64,000 bases of DNA from Squalus acanthias (lineage: Eukaryota). Shown here piece by piece: positions 23,154-34,904 of the stretch (position 1 is the stretch's first letter; the number at the start of each line of letters is the position of its first letter). The DNA is taken from contig CM059432.1 in the NCBI GenBank assembly GCA_030390025.1, positions 75,642,001-75,706,000 on the forward strand, read 5' to 3'. The translations under genes and the position numbers were made by a program. Below the pieces are notes generated by a model, which was not told where the DNA came from, ran no database searches, and saw only the letters and a program-made list of their open reading frames with translations.

Positions 23154-25276
23154 GTGGGCGAAATTCGGTTGGTTAGCGCCTGGCGGCAGGAACGACAGCT
23201 ACAGGGGGACAGTGCACAGTCGGCTGGGAGCTTGGGGAGCACTATTTAATGGCGCGCACGTCCTACGTTCTCCCATCAGCAAACTATTCTGCCTATGCAC
23301 GCTGAGAGGAAGAGAAGCGTTTGGAGGGACTTCACGCTTCCACACTTGAGGGACTATTGGTCGGCAGAGAAACTTATCAGTTTCTCATTTCTGTTACCTT
23401 TGCTGCAGCAACACTTTGAAGATTTAATGGGGGCTCCTTGCTCGAGCTGTGTGAGCGGCTGCAGCTCTGCCTGCCCGCCTCCCATGCGCTGCTGCTCCCT
23501 CCTGTTGTGGGCCAGCTTGGCCTGCAAGAAAAAGGACAACGTGTGAGTGATTCTGCAACCATGTGTTTGCCACATGTGCCTACCATAGTTGAATAGCTGT
23601 TAATGTCTGCGGGGTGTGAGATGTGGATGTGACATTTAGTAGGTGGGCATAGTTGGTGGTTGTGCTTTGGGGATATGGCAGTATATACAGTCTGTGCACA
23701 CAGTGGGGTTGGGATGGTGGAATGAAGAGGTTTTTGAAGCATGTACTCACCCTGACCACCCGAGTGAGGTCGTTGAACTTCTTCTGACACTGGGTGTTCA
23801 TTCTTCCCACCACACTTCTGGAGGAGACATACTGGGCCACCTCCCTCCACAGCCTTGAAAATTCCCGGGGCAATGGCCTCTTGTCAGTGTTTGGGAACAG
23901 CAGTCCCCATCGCCATTCGACTGCCACGACCAGAGCCTCCAATGCCTGGTCACTGAAGCAGGCTCTCTCCCTAGGCCCCCAATGCCTGGTCACTGAAGCA
24001 GGCTCTCTCCCTAGGCCGCCAATGCCTGGTCACTGAAGCAGGCTCTCTCCCGAGGCCCCCAGTGCCTGGTCACTGAAGCAGGCTCTCTCCCTAGGCCCCC
24101 AATGCCTGGTCACTGAAGCAGGCTCTCTCCCTAGGCCCCCAGTGCCTGGTCACTGAAGCAGGCTCTCTCCCTGGGCCTCCAATGCCTGGTCACTGAAGCA
24201 GGCTCTCTCCCTGGGCCTCCAGTGCCTGGTCACTGAAGCAGGTTCTCTCCCTGGGCCCCCAATGCCTGGTCACTGAAGCAGGCTCTCTCCCTAGGCCTCC
24301 AGTGCCTGGTCACTGAAGCAGGCTCTCTCCCTGGGCCCCCAATGCCTGGTCACTGAAGCAGGCTCTCTCCCTGGGCCCCCAATGCCTGGTCACTGAGGCA
24401 GGCTCTCTCCCTGGGCCCCCAGTGCCTGGTCACTGAAGCAGGCTCTCTCCCTGGCCCCCAGTGCCTGGTCACTGAAGCAGGCTCTCTCCCTGGGCCCCCA
24501 ATGCCTGGTCACTGAGGCGGTGGGCTCTCTCCCTGGGCCCCCAATGCCTGGTCACTGAAGCAGGCTCTCTCCCTGGGCCTCCAGTGCCTGGCCACTGAAG
24601 CAGGCTCTCTCCCTGGGCCTCCAGTGCCTGGCCACTGAAGCAGGCTCTCTCCCTGGGCCTCCAGTGCCTGGTCACTGAAGCAGGCTCTCTCCCTGGGCCC
24701 CCAGTGCCTGGTCACTGAAGCAGTGAGCTCTCTCCCTGGGCCTCGAATGCCTGGTCACTGAAGCAGGCTCTCTCCCTGGGCCTCCAGTGCCTGGTCACTG
24801 AAGCAGGCTCTCTCCCTGGGCCCCCAATGCCTGGTCACTGAAGCAGGCTCTCTCCCTGGGTCTCCAATGCCTGGTCACTGAAGTGGTGGGCTCTCTCCCT
24901 GGGCCTCTGCAATGCCATCACTGTCTCAGTGCAAGGTTTGAGGCTCCCTCCAGGACCAGGTCACAAGCAGCAATGAGAAGGGTGCGGCTGTGCAGGATGC
25001 TTGAACCTCCCCTTTAAGAACTGGTAGGTGCCGCCGGTATGTCTGATTAGTTGTGATTCACAGCCCCTGGCCTTGGGTAGCGCTCTGAGGCAGCGCCCCG
25101 CTCCCCGACGTTAGCGCCCTAAATGGGGTGTGTGGCACTTGATTTAGTGCTGCAGTCACCTCCAGGGGCGTTGGAGGAGAATATCGCAGAGTCCGGCGAT
25201 AATTCTCGCCAGGTGTTAATGGTTGCGCCCGGCCAATGTTAGCGCCCCAAAATGGACGATACCGAATTTCTCCCCC
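23154..25276. mobile_element. Internally deleted Harbinger containing a minisatellite
   Basis: TIRs GTGGGCGAAATTCGGT and GGGGGAGAAATTCGGT, TSD GAG. Myb exons on - (FSDQALEALV...WREVAQYVS...QCQKKFNDL; AKLAHNRREQQRMGGG). Confidence 0.9.
23936..24907. repeat. 40-bp minisatellite, about 24 units
   Basis: Unit (A/C)A(A/G)TGCCTGGTCACTGAAGCAGGCTCTCTCCCT(A/G)GGCC(C/T)C in head-to-tail array, with one 39-bp and three 43-bp variants. Confidence 0.97.
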
Positions 25277-25529
25277 GAGGTGTTGTGGAGAATCAAATGG
25301 ATTTGTGTGTCCATGTACACAGATCACTAAAAGGCGAATGGAATATTGGCCTTTATCTCAAGGGGGCTGGAATTCAAAAGTGAGGAAATGATGCTTCAGT
25401 TGTACAGAGCCTTGGTCAGAACCCATCTGAAGCATTGCATTCTGTTTTGGACACCGAACCTCAGGAAACATATATTGGTCTTGGAGGTGCTACGGCGCTG
25501 ATTTACCAGAATGATACCAAGACTTAAAA

Positions 25530-25950
25530 GGCCCCTCTCCTCTCCCCTTTTCGTTACCAACCCCATTCCCTCTCTCCCTCCCATTCTGCCCTCACATTTT
25601 CCCCACACTGAGACCAAAACTATCACCTCCCCTTACCCCGTTGAGGCTAAAATAGTCCACCCTCGAATGAGAGAAAAATATACTGTAGACACAGTGTCCT
25701 CCCACTCCAGCTAAGACAAGCTCCCCCTTGCCTCTTACACCTCCCTTCTCTTTGTCTATTCCCCCACGCTCTCCTCCCTCTCCCTCCCCTCACTCCCTCC
25801 TCCCTTGCCCTCTCCTCACTCTCCACTCTGCATCCTCTCCCCCTGCCCCTGCCTGTCCCCCTTTCCCTATCCCCTCCCCTCCATCCACTCCCCTCTGCCT
25901 TCCTCTTTATCCTCTCCTCCCTTTTCCTCTGCTCTCTTCTCTCCTCTTAT
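25530..25950. repeat. Pyrimidine-rich low-complexity tract
   Basis: C/T-dominated sequence; continues at 26155-26245. Confidence 0.8.
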
Positions 25951-26150
25951 CATAGAATCATACAGCACAGAAGGAGGCCATTTGGCCCATCATGCCTATG
26001 CCTGCTCTTTGAAGAGCTATCCAATTATTCTCACTCCCCTGTTCTTTCTCCATAGCGCTACAAATTTTTCCTTTTCAAGTATTTATCCAATTCCCTTTTG
26101 AAAGTTACTATTGAATCTGCTTCAACCACCCTGTTAGGCAGTGCATTTCA
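25950..26150 (-). mobile_element. CR1 3' tail fragment
   Basis: ATCATAGAATCATACAGCACAGAAGGAGGCCATTTGGCCCAT, reverse complement of the tail type seen at 53600-53650. Confidence 0.8.
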
Positions 26151-26585
26151 ATTATCCTCTCCTTTCCTCTCCTCTCCTCTGATCTGTTCTTACCTCTCCT
26201 CTCATCTCCTCATTCTTATGTCTCCTCTTTCCCCCTTCTCTCCTGATAAATGTCTTTGGTCTTGACTCCCCATATGCAATATTACATGAGCTCGGCTAAC
26301 TTATTTTGTCATCTTTGAGAGAGGAAATCTTTAAAGCCATTATTACATTTTCTTTTGCTCCACATCCTGCACTGTTGAACATTCTTAGTTGGCATCAGAT
26401 TTTAAGATTTGTATGTAAACACAAGAGAAGGGCTCAAACTGCACGTCATGCTGGATGTATGAAACAAGTAGATTCTTTGCTATTGCAACTGGCCTAGTTC
26501 TGTTTCTATTATTAGTTTGATTATTAGTGTGTAATTTGTACAGTAGACTGAAGCTTAGCAGACACAGTGGGCAGCAAATTACTAC

Positions 26586-28685
26586 GGCCGCGAAATTCGA
26601 TATTGTAGCGCCGGCTGGTAAGGTCAGTTTTGTTGAAAAAATGGCGGCCACCTCGCCTACTTCTGGCGCAGAACATGGCGGCCGCCATTTTGGAGAGGTC
26701 GGCAGCGCTGCCGTTGCCTGCGCTCACCTCTTCCATGTAAATATGCAGATCGTGTCGTCAATCGGCGTGCAACGCCTGAATTGACGCGCGACTGCAATTT
26801 TGGACATCGCCGCTCTCCACACCGCCCTCTCCTAGCCACGCACGGAAGAACGTGCATGCAACAGTTGTACAGAGACACTGTCAGCGCTTCTTAAAGGGAC
26901 ATACACATCTTTCAGGTAAGTTTCAATTTCAGCTTTTGGAGTTTTTTTATATTTTATTGGAGTTGTGGCTTGGTGCAATACATTTAAAAAGTTGTTAAAG
27001 TGTACAGGGAGTGCAGGGAGTGCTGCTGGACGCTAGCAAGGCTTTGGATGTTAAAGGAAGGCTTCTGAGAAGACCACTTGCTCACAGTCCTGCGGGCTCT
27101 ATTGGTCCCCCTTGGGCTGCAACATCACGTGGAGATAAAGCAGAGGCAACAAAGAGGACAAGCTGCTTGCAGAGGGAAGAGGAAAAAGCAGAAGAGGAGG
27201 AAGCAGAAAAGGAAGCCCCTTTCTGGCCAGGATATCCAGGATGGAATCATTCACCTGCGGCACCAGTGACCACAACCCCAATTCCCCTTTCAACATTTAT
27301 CTTACACCTTACCTTCCCTCTGTTACTGACCATCACAGCATCCTCTTGGCCACAATGCTGAAATAAAAGCTACTACAAAGCAAATTTTCCAATCCAACTT
27401 TATCCATGTATGCATCCAATATTACATCAAAACATCAACTAATCAGCCTTGTGCATTCCCTTAGCGAGTGACTTGCGTCTGACTTTGCCTATCCTACTAA
27501 TGTCACACAGTGCTACCCCAGTGGCTGCAGCATGGCTGGTGGAAGGCTGCTGACTTTCAGTGGTGAACACTGCAGATGGCCTTGCAGGAGGACCTCGAGG
27601 AGCTAGTGGCTGGGGGTGTGAAATCGAGTGACAGTGTTTCTTCTTCTTCTTCTTCTTCACTCTTCTCTCCCTCTTCTTGGTCAACCACTGGCTGGGCAGG
27701 CTGCATTTCTTGGGTGTCTGAAATGAGGAAGGTACAATGGTAGGGTTGTGATGAAGGGAGGGGGCGTAAAGCAAGAGGTGCATGCTTACACCATGTGCAG
27801 CTTGTACAACAGAAGAGATTGTGGGATGAGGGGGAAGTGGGATGTGAGAAGGAGGATAATGTATGAGGATACTGGCATCTTGTATTCTTTCAGCCCCGCC
27901 GCTGGCCAAGGGCTCAGCCATGCCCCTGCCAAGAATGGCCAGCACTGTTTCCTCCAAGGGGGGGTGAGGTGAAGCTAGGAATGGGAGGTGTGCCTCATGT
28001 TTTGTAGAGATTTTTGGTAGGTGAGTGATTTGAGTCGTGCATTGAGCAGTGTGTGAGGCTAGTGGTGTAGTTGGTAGGAGACGGCATTTGAAGATGCATT
28101 CACAAACCTTAAACACTTGTCTGAGGTCATGAAACTTCTTTGGAGCCAGGTCCTGGGATCGACAATGCTGGCAGTTACGGCCTTGGTGATCTGGTCCCAC
28201 ATCCTTCTTTCTGGAGGGCCCCCTGGCCCCTGTGGGTAGAGGACCTCTCTTGCAGTGTTGACCCACTGCACAAAGCAGGAGTGCTGCATGCAAGACCCTG
28301 GGTGCCCTTTCCCTGGCCTGTTGAGCCATTTATGTTTGTGCTGAAGCACTTTTACCATTTTTTATGTGCAGAAGGCAATTCTAGTTGGAATGATTTTTAA
28401 TGACTTTTTGCAGAAGGCAGTTGAGCTTTAAGGGCTCGAGACTGCTTTCAAAAGTGACAGCCTTGCTTTAAGAGAATGCAGCGTCTCTACAGCAACACAG
28501 CATTGGGCCTCCTGCTGATCGCACAGCCTGAAGCCGCATGATAGTCACTGGGCTGTGCGCTAAAATCATTCAAATTTGTATGCAGCACCAAATTAACGTG
28601 CTGCCTGCGCTTTCTAAACGGGCGCAAGCAAATCTTGCCCCACGGTGTCACTGCCGGTTTTTGGGCCTTATCGAATTTCATCCGC
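26586..28685 (+). mobile_element. Internally deleted Harbinger (2100 bp)
   Basis: TIRs share GAAATTCGATA, TSD TAC. Transposase N- and C-terminal remnants fused near 27130. Myb gene remnant on - from 28329 (MAQQARERAPR). Confidence 0.85.
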
Positions 28686-29321
28686 TACATGTCTTGCTGG
28701 TAAATAGAGTTGTGTTTATTTTTTGAATACTTCTAATACCCACATGTTTAGATTTACTATCAGAAACAGTTTTCCTTGACTTCAATGGAAATGATAATCG
28801 CTAGAGGTGTTTAACGGGTGGCCGAGCCAATATTTCACCTTTTACACTATCGTCAAAAGTCGAAATTACCCCCAGTTAGTACAGGTGAGGTGCAGTTGCT
28901 TCTATCAAATTCCACTAACCATATAACCGTAATACTTTCTAGCCACAAAGCAGTGAGGAAAGCTACATTCACAGCAGGCCTTTACTCTTGATGTTGGTCT
29001 GGGTTATGATTCAACCTTTCTAATTGAATTTTTGACCTTTCACTGTTGAAGGTATCTTCTGTGAATACACACCAGACTAAAGCTGGTGTCCAAACCCATT
29101 GCTGTTGCTCTTGGTTTGCTTCCATTACATTCTTTATCTTGCAGCTGAGGAGGTTTGGACACAGACTGTTTTCAAAAGATACATATTTAATGTGCCAGAG
29201 AAAATTGTGAAAATCCTCTTTGTTGAATTGCTTCTTTGTATGCAGCTTTTTAAACTTTTTGAATACAAAATATAAGAGATAGTAATGCCAGGTTTGACTG
29301 TGAAGGTGTGTATTTTTAAAA

Positions 29322-30388
29322 GGCCGTAATGTTCCCAGTCCCGAGCGTGCAGGGTTGGGGGCGGGTCAGCAGTAAAAATCGCGGAAATTGCCAGCGCTTC
29401 GGTAACCCGCCCTCATCCCACCGACTTCCGCATTTAAATCGTGCGCGTTTCCCAGCCACCACGGACCCGCTCGGGAGAGGCGGGCAACCTCATTGAAGTA
29501 CTTAAATACGGACACTTAAGAGGCTTTTTAACATCAGGTTTGGCTTTAACTTCTTGAGCACTGAATTCACGCACCTCGGGAACCTCACCTGTGAAGGGAA
29601 GGCGGAAGCTCAGTGGCCATTGTGCGAGTTTATTAAGTGACAGCTGGAAAAAGCATATAAATACACACACATTACACCTGCTTCCTTGCCTAAGGGAAAG
29701 GTTCTTGCTGACTCCATTTTGTGCAGAGATTTAGCTGTCAGCAGTTTGCTGGTCATTTCTGCAACCTCGGAAGCCACTCTCACCACATTGCTAGTCACTG
29801 TCAGAACATTGAGGGATTGTGCCTCTGATCGCCACTTTACCTGCCATCTATTAGATCAGCATGCTTATGCTGTATCACCTTGGACCACAAAATTGGATGA
29901 AGGTGAGCCCCAGCACTAACACCAGCCACACCAGCAGTAGTAGCCACAACACCAGCAGCAGCAGCAACTACAACAGCAGCCTTCTCCTCAACGACCTGAT
30001 GCTACACAGGAGAGAGGGGATCAGCATAGGGCTGCACCGTGCCGGAGGCGATACCCACAACACAAGGTATACAGGCAGAGGATGAGCTTCCTCAACATGA
30101 CTGAGCAGCAGTGCTTCAGGAGGCTCAGGCTATCGCGCCAGGTCGTCGCAGACATTTGTAGTTTGCTGGAACAAGACCTGCTGCCCAGAGGACCTGGTGG
30201 ACATGCCTTACCAGTGGCTGCCAAAGTCACCACCACCCTCAACCTCTTTGCCTCAGGCTCCTTCCAGGGATCTGCAGCAGACATTTGCAGGATCTCGCAG
30301 TCGGCCGCCCACAGTTGCATCACCCAGGTGACCGATGCTATTTTTGACAAGTCAGCCAATTATGTCAACTTTGCCACTGATGAAGCCA
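29322..30388 (+). mobile_element. 5' part of a Harbinger (family of 55958-59867), truncated
   Basis: Left end matches 55958 onward. Transposase [19 protein letters not shown]...FASGSFQG...VNFATDEA, then abrupt break. Confidence 0.9.
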
Positions 30389-30399
30389 AAAAGAACAAA

Positions 30400-31210
30400 C
30401 TAATCAGGTGCCCAGATAGATTGCAAAGTTGGACTGAGAAATGACAAATAAAATTCATTGATGACAAGTGCAAAGTGACGAGACTAAGGAAAAAGTAAAC
30501 ATTAGAACTATAGACAAGTTGGTGTTAGTCTGCACTGAACAAGGATTTTGGGGTACTTGTGGACAGATCTGCATCTGCACACCGTGTGGCAGCAGTAAGT
30601 AAGTAGACAAATGGGTTCATTGATTGTTTAGTAGGTGGAATAGAACACTAATCACAGAACATGATACTGAGCCTATGCAGGACATTGGTTCATCCCCATC
30701 TGGAGTACCTTGTGCAGTTCTTGTGTAACGTTACAGGAAGGACATCATGGCACTGGAAAAGGTATAGTTGAAGTGTCTGCTGCCAGGTATCCTATTAATA
30801 GCCTTTTGCTGCAAAGAGAGACTCCAGCAGCTGAGTTTATTTATGCTAGAACTGAGATGACCAAGAAAGGATCTAAATGAGGTAGTCAGTATCCTTAAAG
30901 CTAGCGACAAGTTGAATCCTGAGACTGCTTAACAAGGCCTTTAGAATAATGAGAGGTTATGGAATTAAGCACAGTAGAGGGAAGGTAAATCGACAGAACA
31001 GATATAACTACTTCACAGGGAGGGTTGTGAATGTTTGCAATTGACTTTCCAGGGAGGCAGTCAAGGTTGATAACATAAGTAATTGTAAGGAGAAGTTGGA
31101 CAGACGTTTGATAAGAAAATCAATTGAAGAGTATAGGTAATGAACCATGCATTCTGCTTTCAAACTCTGAAGCCAGTCAGATGGACCATAAATGGTCTTG
31201 TAATTTTTAT
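30400..31210 (+). mobile_element. Highly decayed CR1 3' region
   Basis: Remnants of DLGVLVD, LVHPHLEY and FTGRVVNV with many stops. Confidence 0.65.
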
Positions 31211-31612
31211 ATTGCTAAATACCCATGCTCGTTAACATAAGAAAACATCATAACTGCTATATGTACATCCAACTCTACCTCTATGCCTCATCATTGACGC
31301 TAGTGCTATTGCTGTACTATCTGTCTCACATCAAGTCAAAGTGTCCATGTGTCTGTTCCTATTAGATTTCAAGGGAGGAGGAGAGAAATTTCTGTCTGCA
31401 AAGAAAGGATGGAATGAGAAAAAGCACATCAAGTTCCCTGCTTCCACAGACTACGTACAATCTACCCATTCATGGGCTTATTTAATCCCTTAGGGAAAGT
31501 TCTGCAAAATTCTTCCCCGAGCTCCCTAAATAATTGAGCAAATCTCCATGATATGTCTCTACACTTACCCCTCCAAGATTCAAATCTGGCTAGTTGCCTT
31601 CCATACACAACA

Positions 31613-32190
31613 GGGGTAGTTTTAACCCCCAAAAATGGGTGGGTTGGGGTTGGGGAGATGTTAAAATTTAAAAAAATCTCAAACCCGACCCCAGCCCGCC
31701 TCCAACCCGGTTTAAAGGAGGTGAGACAGGGGGCGGGCAGCCAACCTGCTCCCAGGAGGCGGGGTGGCTATTTAAATATTATAATGAGGTTGAGAGCCTC
31801 ACATTTAACATGTTTTACAGGTTTAGTCCTGGATGGCTGGGTTTTCCAGGCCTCAAGGAATTTGGCAGCCCAGGGGAGACGAGGACAGCTTTGGGGAAGA
31901 GGTAAGTGCCCTTACAGCACTGCTGGTGGGCCAGGAGGAGCTGAAGTGCTTCTCCCCAGCCCCCTAAGCTTACCTCCTTCCCTGAGATCGGACCCACCAA
32001 CCTCATGAGACCCCACCCACATCCAAAGATCACAACCACCACCCCCCCCCCCCACCATGATAGGGAATTGAACCCCCCCACCCCTCCCGGGTCGAGGATC
32101 GGACTCCCGCCCCCCCCATGCTCCCAGTAGCAGCTGCAGGCTCCTTACCTGTATTTGCGGCCTGCCCCGGAGAGTGCTCCCCGCTTTATT
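31613..32190. mobile_element. Harbinger-type MITE, right end lost
   Basis: Starts GGGGTAGTTTTAACCCC; CCCGCC subterminal motifs and shared GGAGGAGC..AGTGCT motif. Confidence 0.55.
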
Positions 32191-32919
32191 TGCAGGATTT
32201 AATCAACATAATATTAACTGGGATGTCTGAATAAGATTTATCTTGCCTTCAGTATTGTGTGACAGGAATGAAGTGGAAATATTCATCATGTGTAATCAAT
32301 GCATCAAGAAACTCTTTCAGCCTGTAAAATAGAGATTTACCTCACGTGGGGTGTCGTAGCTGTGAAAATACTCTCCACCTCTGTGCAGCGATGGAATATT
32401 CAAGCTGTTATGCATCACTGACACAATACACAGAACACACCAAACATAGTGGACGTGAATACAAAAGGACATCACACGGTAAAAGAATTGAATGACAAAT
32501 CAATTATTTTTTCATTTGTGATGAAGTACCACTCCATGGACTGTAACGCAGTGAATATTTTCATACATCATATCACCACACTGAAGTCACCTCTATTTAT
32601 TAAATTTTTGTGGAGAAATACCAGTTACAATGAAAATCGTATTTCCACTGGTACTGCTTCACCAATGACAAAATTACACAATTGATCAGTTTCCTATGAT
32701 TTTCTTCAGTTTAAAAAAAGTGAAAAAATGCTCTTTAAAGTTCAGAATGTTTTCATCTGAAAATTTACTACAGAACATGTTTTATCGATAGAATACATCC
32801 TGGCTGTTAGTATGTGAGGATTTTTATTTCCATTTGAGAAACCAACCATTTCTCAGTGGCTGAAGTAAAATTCAGAATACACAAGTAACTGTGAAGATTT
32901 TATATCACAACGATGTCTT

Positions 32920-34284
32920 GGGGGTGATTTTCTGACGTCGGAGGAGACGGGTTTGGAGGCGGGAAAGGCGGGAAAATCAGATTCAAAGAGGTCGGGTTTG
33001 GAACCCGCCTCCAACCTGCCTCCGTGGGATTTTGCCGGTTCCGGTTTTGGAGGTCGGGAAACGCTCCCGCCTCCAGCTGGCCATTGCGTTATTTAACATC
33101 CTTAAATGCTCGTTAAGGACCTCTCTAAGCCTATTTTGAGAGGCCCTCGTGATTTTTCCAGCTTTTCGGTGTGATCCACGCACCTCCTAAACCACGCCAG
33201 GTAAACCTGGCGGGTTGACTCGTGGGTGGCCTCCTCACTGCTGCAGGTCTAACAAGACATCGTTTATTGCAGCAAGGATTACTTGCAGGTGCCAGACCTT
33301 GGCTTTAAAAGGTCTCTGAGCACTTTTAGAAGGCCTTCCGAAGTCGGAGGTGCTGCAGCTTGACTCCATCAACTGTGGGACCTCCTTGGAAGACCCTCTC
33401 CCCGCTTGCAATGAGCGCTTCCCCAAAGGAGGCATCTACAAGCAGCATGGGAACCATTCGTTTTCTTTCTGCATGGACCTCAGATGAGGATGAGGAGGAG
33501 GAGGATCTGGAGGAGGAGGAGGAGGAGGTCAGAGCCCAGGATGCAAGGGATGAACTTATCATGTCCAGATTTGCATAGGTTGCCCAAGTTGGCACATGTC
33601 CTTTGCTCCATCCTAGGACATCATTGACAGTGGACTCTCTGGCCTCCTTTCACTCAGGCCACCAACCTGACAACACAAGTGTGGCGGTGCCCGCAATGTG
33701 GAGCTGCCTAAGGCGAAAGAACAGATGGCATAACGCCAACATTTTGGCTTCAAATCATTTTAATGCTTTCCAACAGGGATGGCATTTCATCAATACACAG
33801 AAACAGTCTCCCAATCTGCACACAGATCTGGAGGTTATATCCCTTGCCAGCTGTAACAACGCAGCCTTGGTTTCTTTGGCAGGCCTCTTCCTCCCAGATG
33901 AGTGGAAGAGCACCTCCCTGCTAGCTGTCACCCCCTCCAACAACATTTGCAGCGCCTCATCCGAGAGCCTCGGGGAGGCCCTTGCCTTGGAACTGGACAT
34001 AGTGGTTTCTCAAAAGATGTTGGAGGTGGTGCAGGAGACGCAGAAATGCTGTGGAATGAGCCAAGGGAGCAAGAAGCCATAAAATCAGACTGGAAAAGTG
34101 CTGTCAACAGAGGCGAGTTTCAGTCCCAAAACACTAATTGAGCAAGGGCATCCCACACCTCTGAAATCAAGTGGCCAATCATGGGAAAATCGCAAATTTT
34201 TTAAACCTATTAGTGGAGGCGAGTTTGAAACCCACCCAAACTGAAACCCGCCTCCATCTCACCTCCAGTGGGAAAATCGCCCCC
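32920..34284 (+). mobile_element. Internally deleted Harbinger (1365 bp)
   Basis: TIRs GGGGGTGATTTTC and GGGGGCGATTTTC, TSD CTT. Transposase C-terminus SDEDEEEE...ARDELIMSRFA* and Myb exon 1 on - (MSSSKARASPRLSDEALQML, from 34000). Confidence 0.9.
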
Positions 34285-34555
34285 CTTATCTCTAAAGTAC
34301 ATGTTTTAGCAAAAAGAGCCCCAGAAACCCTCGGCTGCCACATCCCAGCGTAAGTGCCAGGATGCGTCCGCCTGGGACCTCTGCTGCTGTCCCAGACAAA
34401 ATCCACAAAGTCGGGGTCCCTTAACTCACATATGAATGGTGGGCGCCCGGACCCCAAGAGGAATGCTACTTGTTCCGGTGGGAGTGCTGGGATTTCCCTC
34501 CCAGGAAGAAGCTATTGGCTCCTTTTGTAAGGGGTCTAAAATATTTTGAAGAAAA

Positions 34556-34615
34556 ATTTTCTACATTCAGGGATCCAAGCCAGGAGCACAGCCTGGATCC
34601 CTGAATGTAGAAAAT
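34556..34615. repeat. Perfect 22-bp inverted repeat (hairpin)
   Basis: ATTTTCTACATTCAGGGATCCA, 16-nt spacer, TGGATCCCTGAATGTAGAAAAT. Confidence 0.95.
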
Positions 34616-34618
34616 GCT

Positions 34619-34903
34619 CAGATAATCTGTTTTAGTGATGTTGGTTGAGAGCTACAGATTGGCCAGGATAACTGGGGAGAACTCTCCTGCTCTTCTTCGG
34701 AATAGTGCCATGGAATCTTTTATATCTATCTGAGAGGGAAGACAGGGTATCGGTTTAACATCTTGTCCGAAAGACAGCACCTCCGGCAGTGCAGCACTCC
34801 CTCAGTCAGCCTAGATTTTGTGCTCAAGTCTCTGGAGTGGGACTTGAACCCACAATCTTCTGACTCAGAAGTGAGAGCTCTACCCACTGATCCACAGTTG
34901 GCA
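34619..34903 (-). mobile_element. Deu-domain SINE, 3'-truncated
   Basis: tRNA head TGGATCAGTGGG...GGTTCAAGTCCC on -, body matches 37990-38290. Confidence 0.85.
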
Positions 34904-34904
34904 C

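Larger units (their letters stand above)
22560..25530 (+). mobile_element. Decayed CR1 LINE (RT region) split by a Harbinger
   Basis: RT remnants at 22730-23153. Reading resumes after 25279 (FLNGER-R-GVVENQMDLCVHVHRSLK). Confidence 0.85.

Noticed and set aside
23936..24907. CRISPR-like regular array
   Set aside because: Units abut with no unique spacers, derive from Myb coding sequence, and there are no cas genes; the context is eukaryotic.
25728..26101. Pro/Ser/Leu-rich ORFs
   Set aside because: Artefacts of a pyrimidine-rich low-complexity tract.
27439..28329. 296-aa ORF as a real protein
   Set aside because: It reads through frameshifted Myb exons and their introns in a deleted element.
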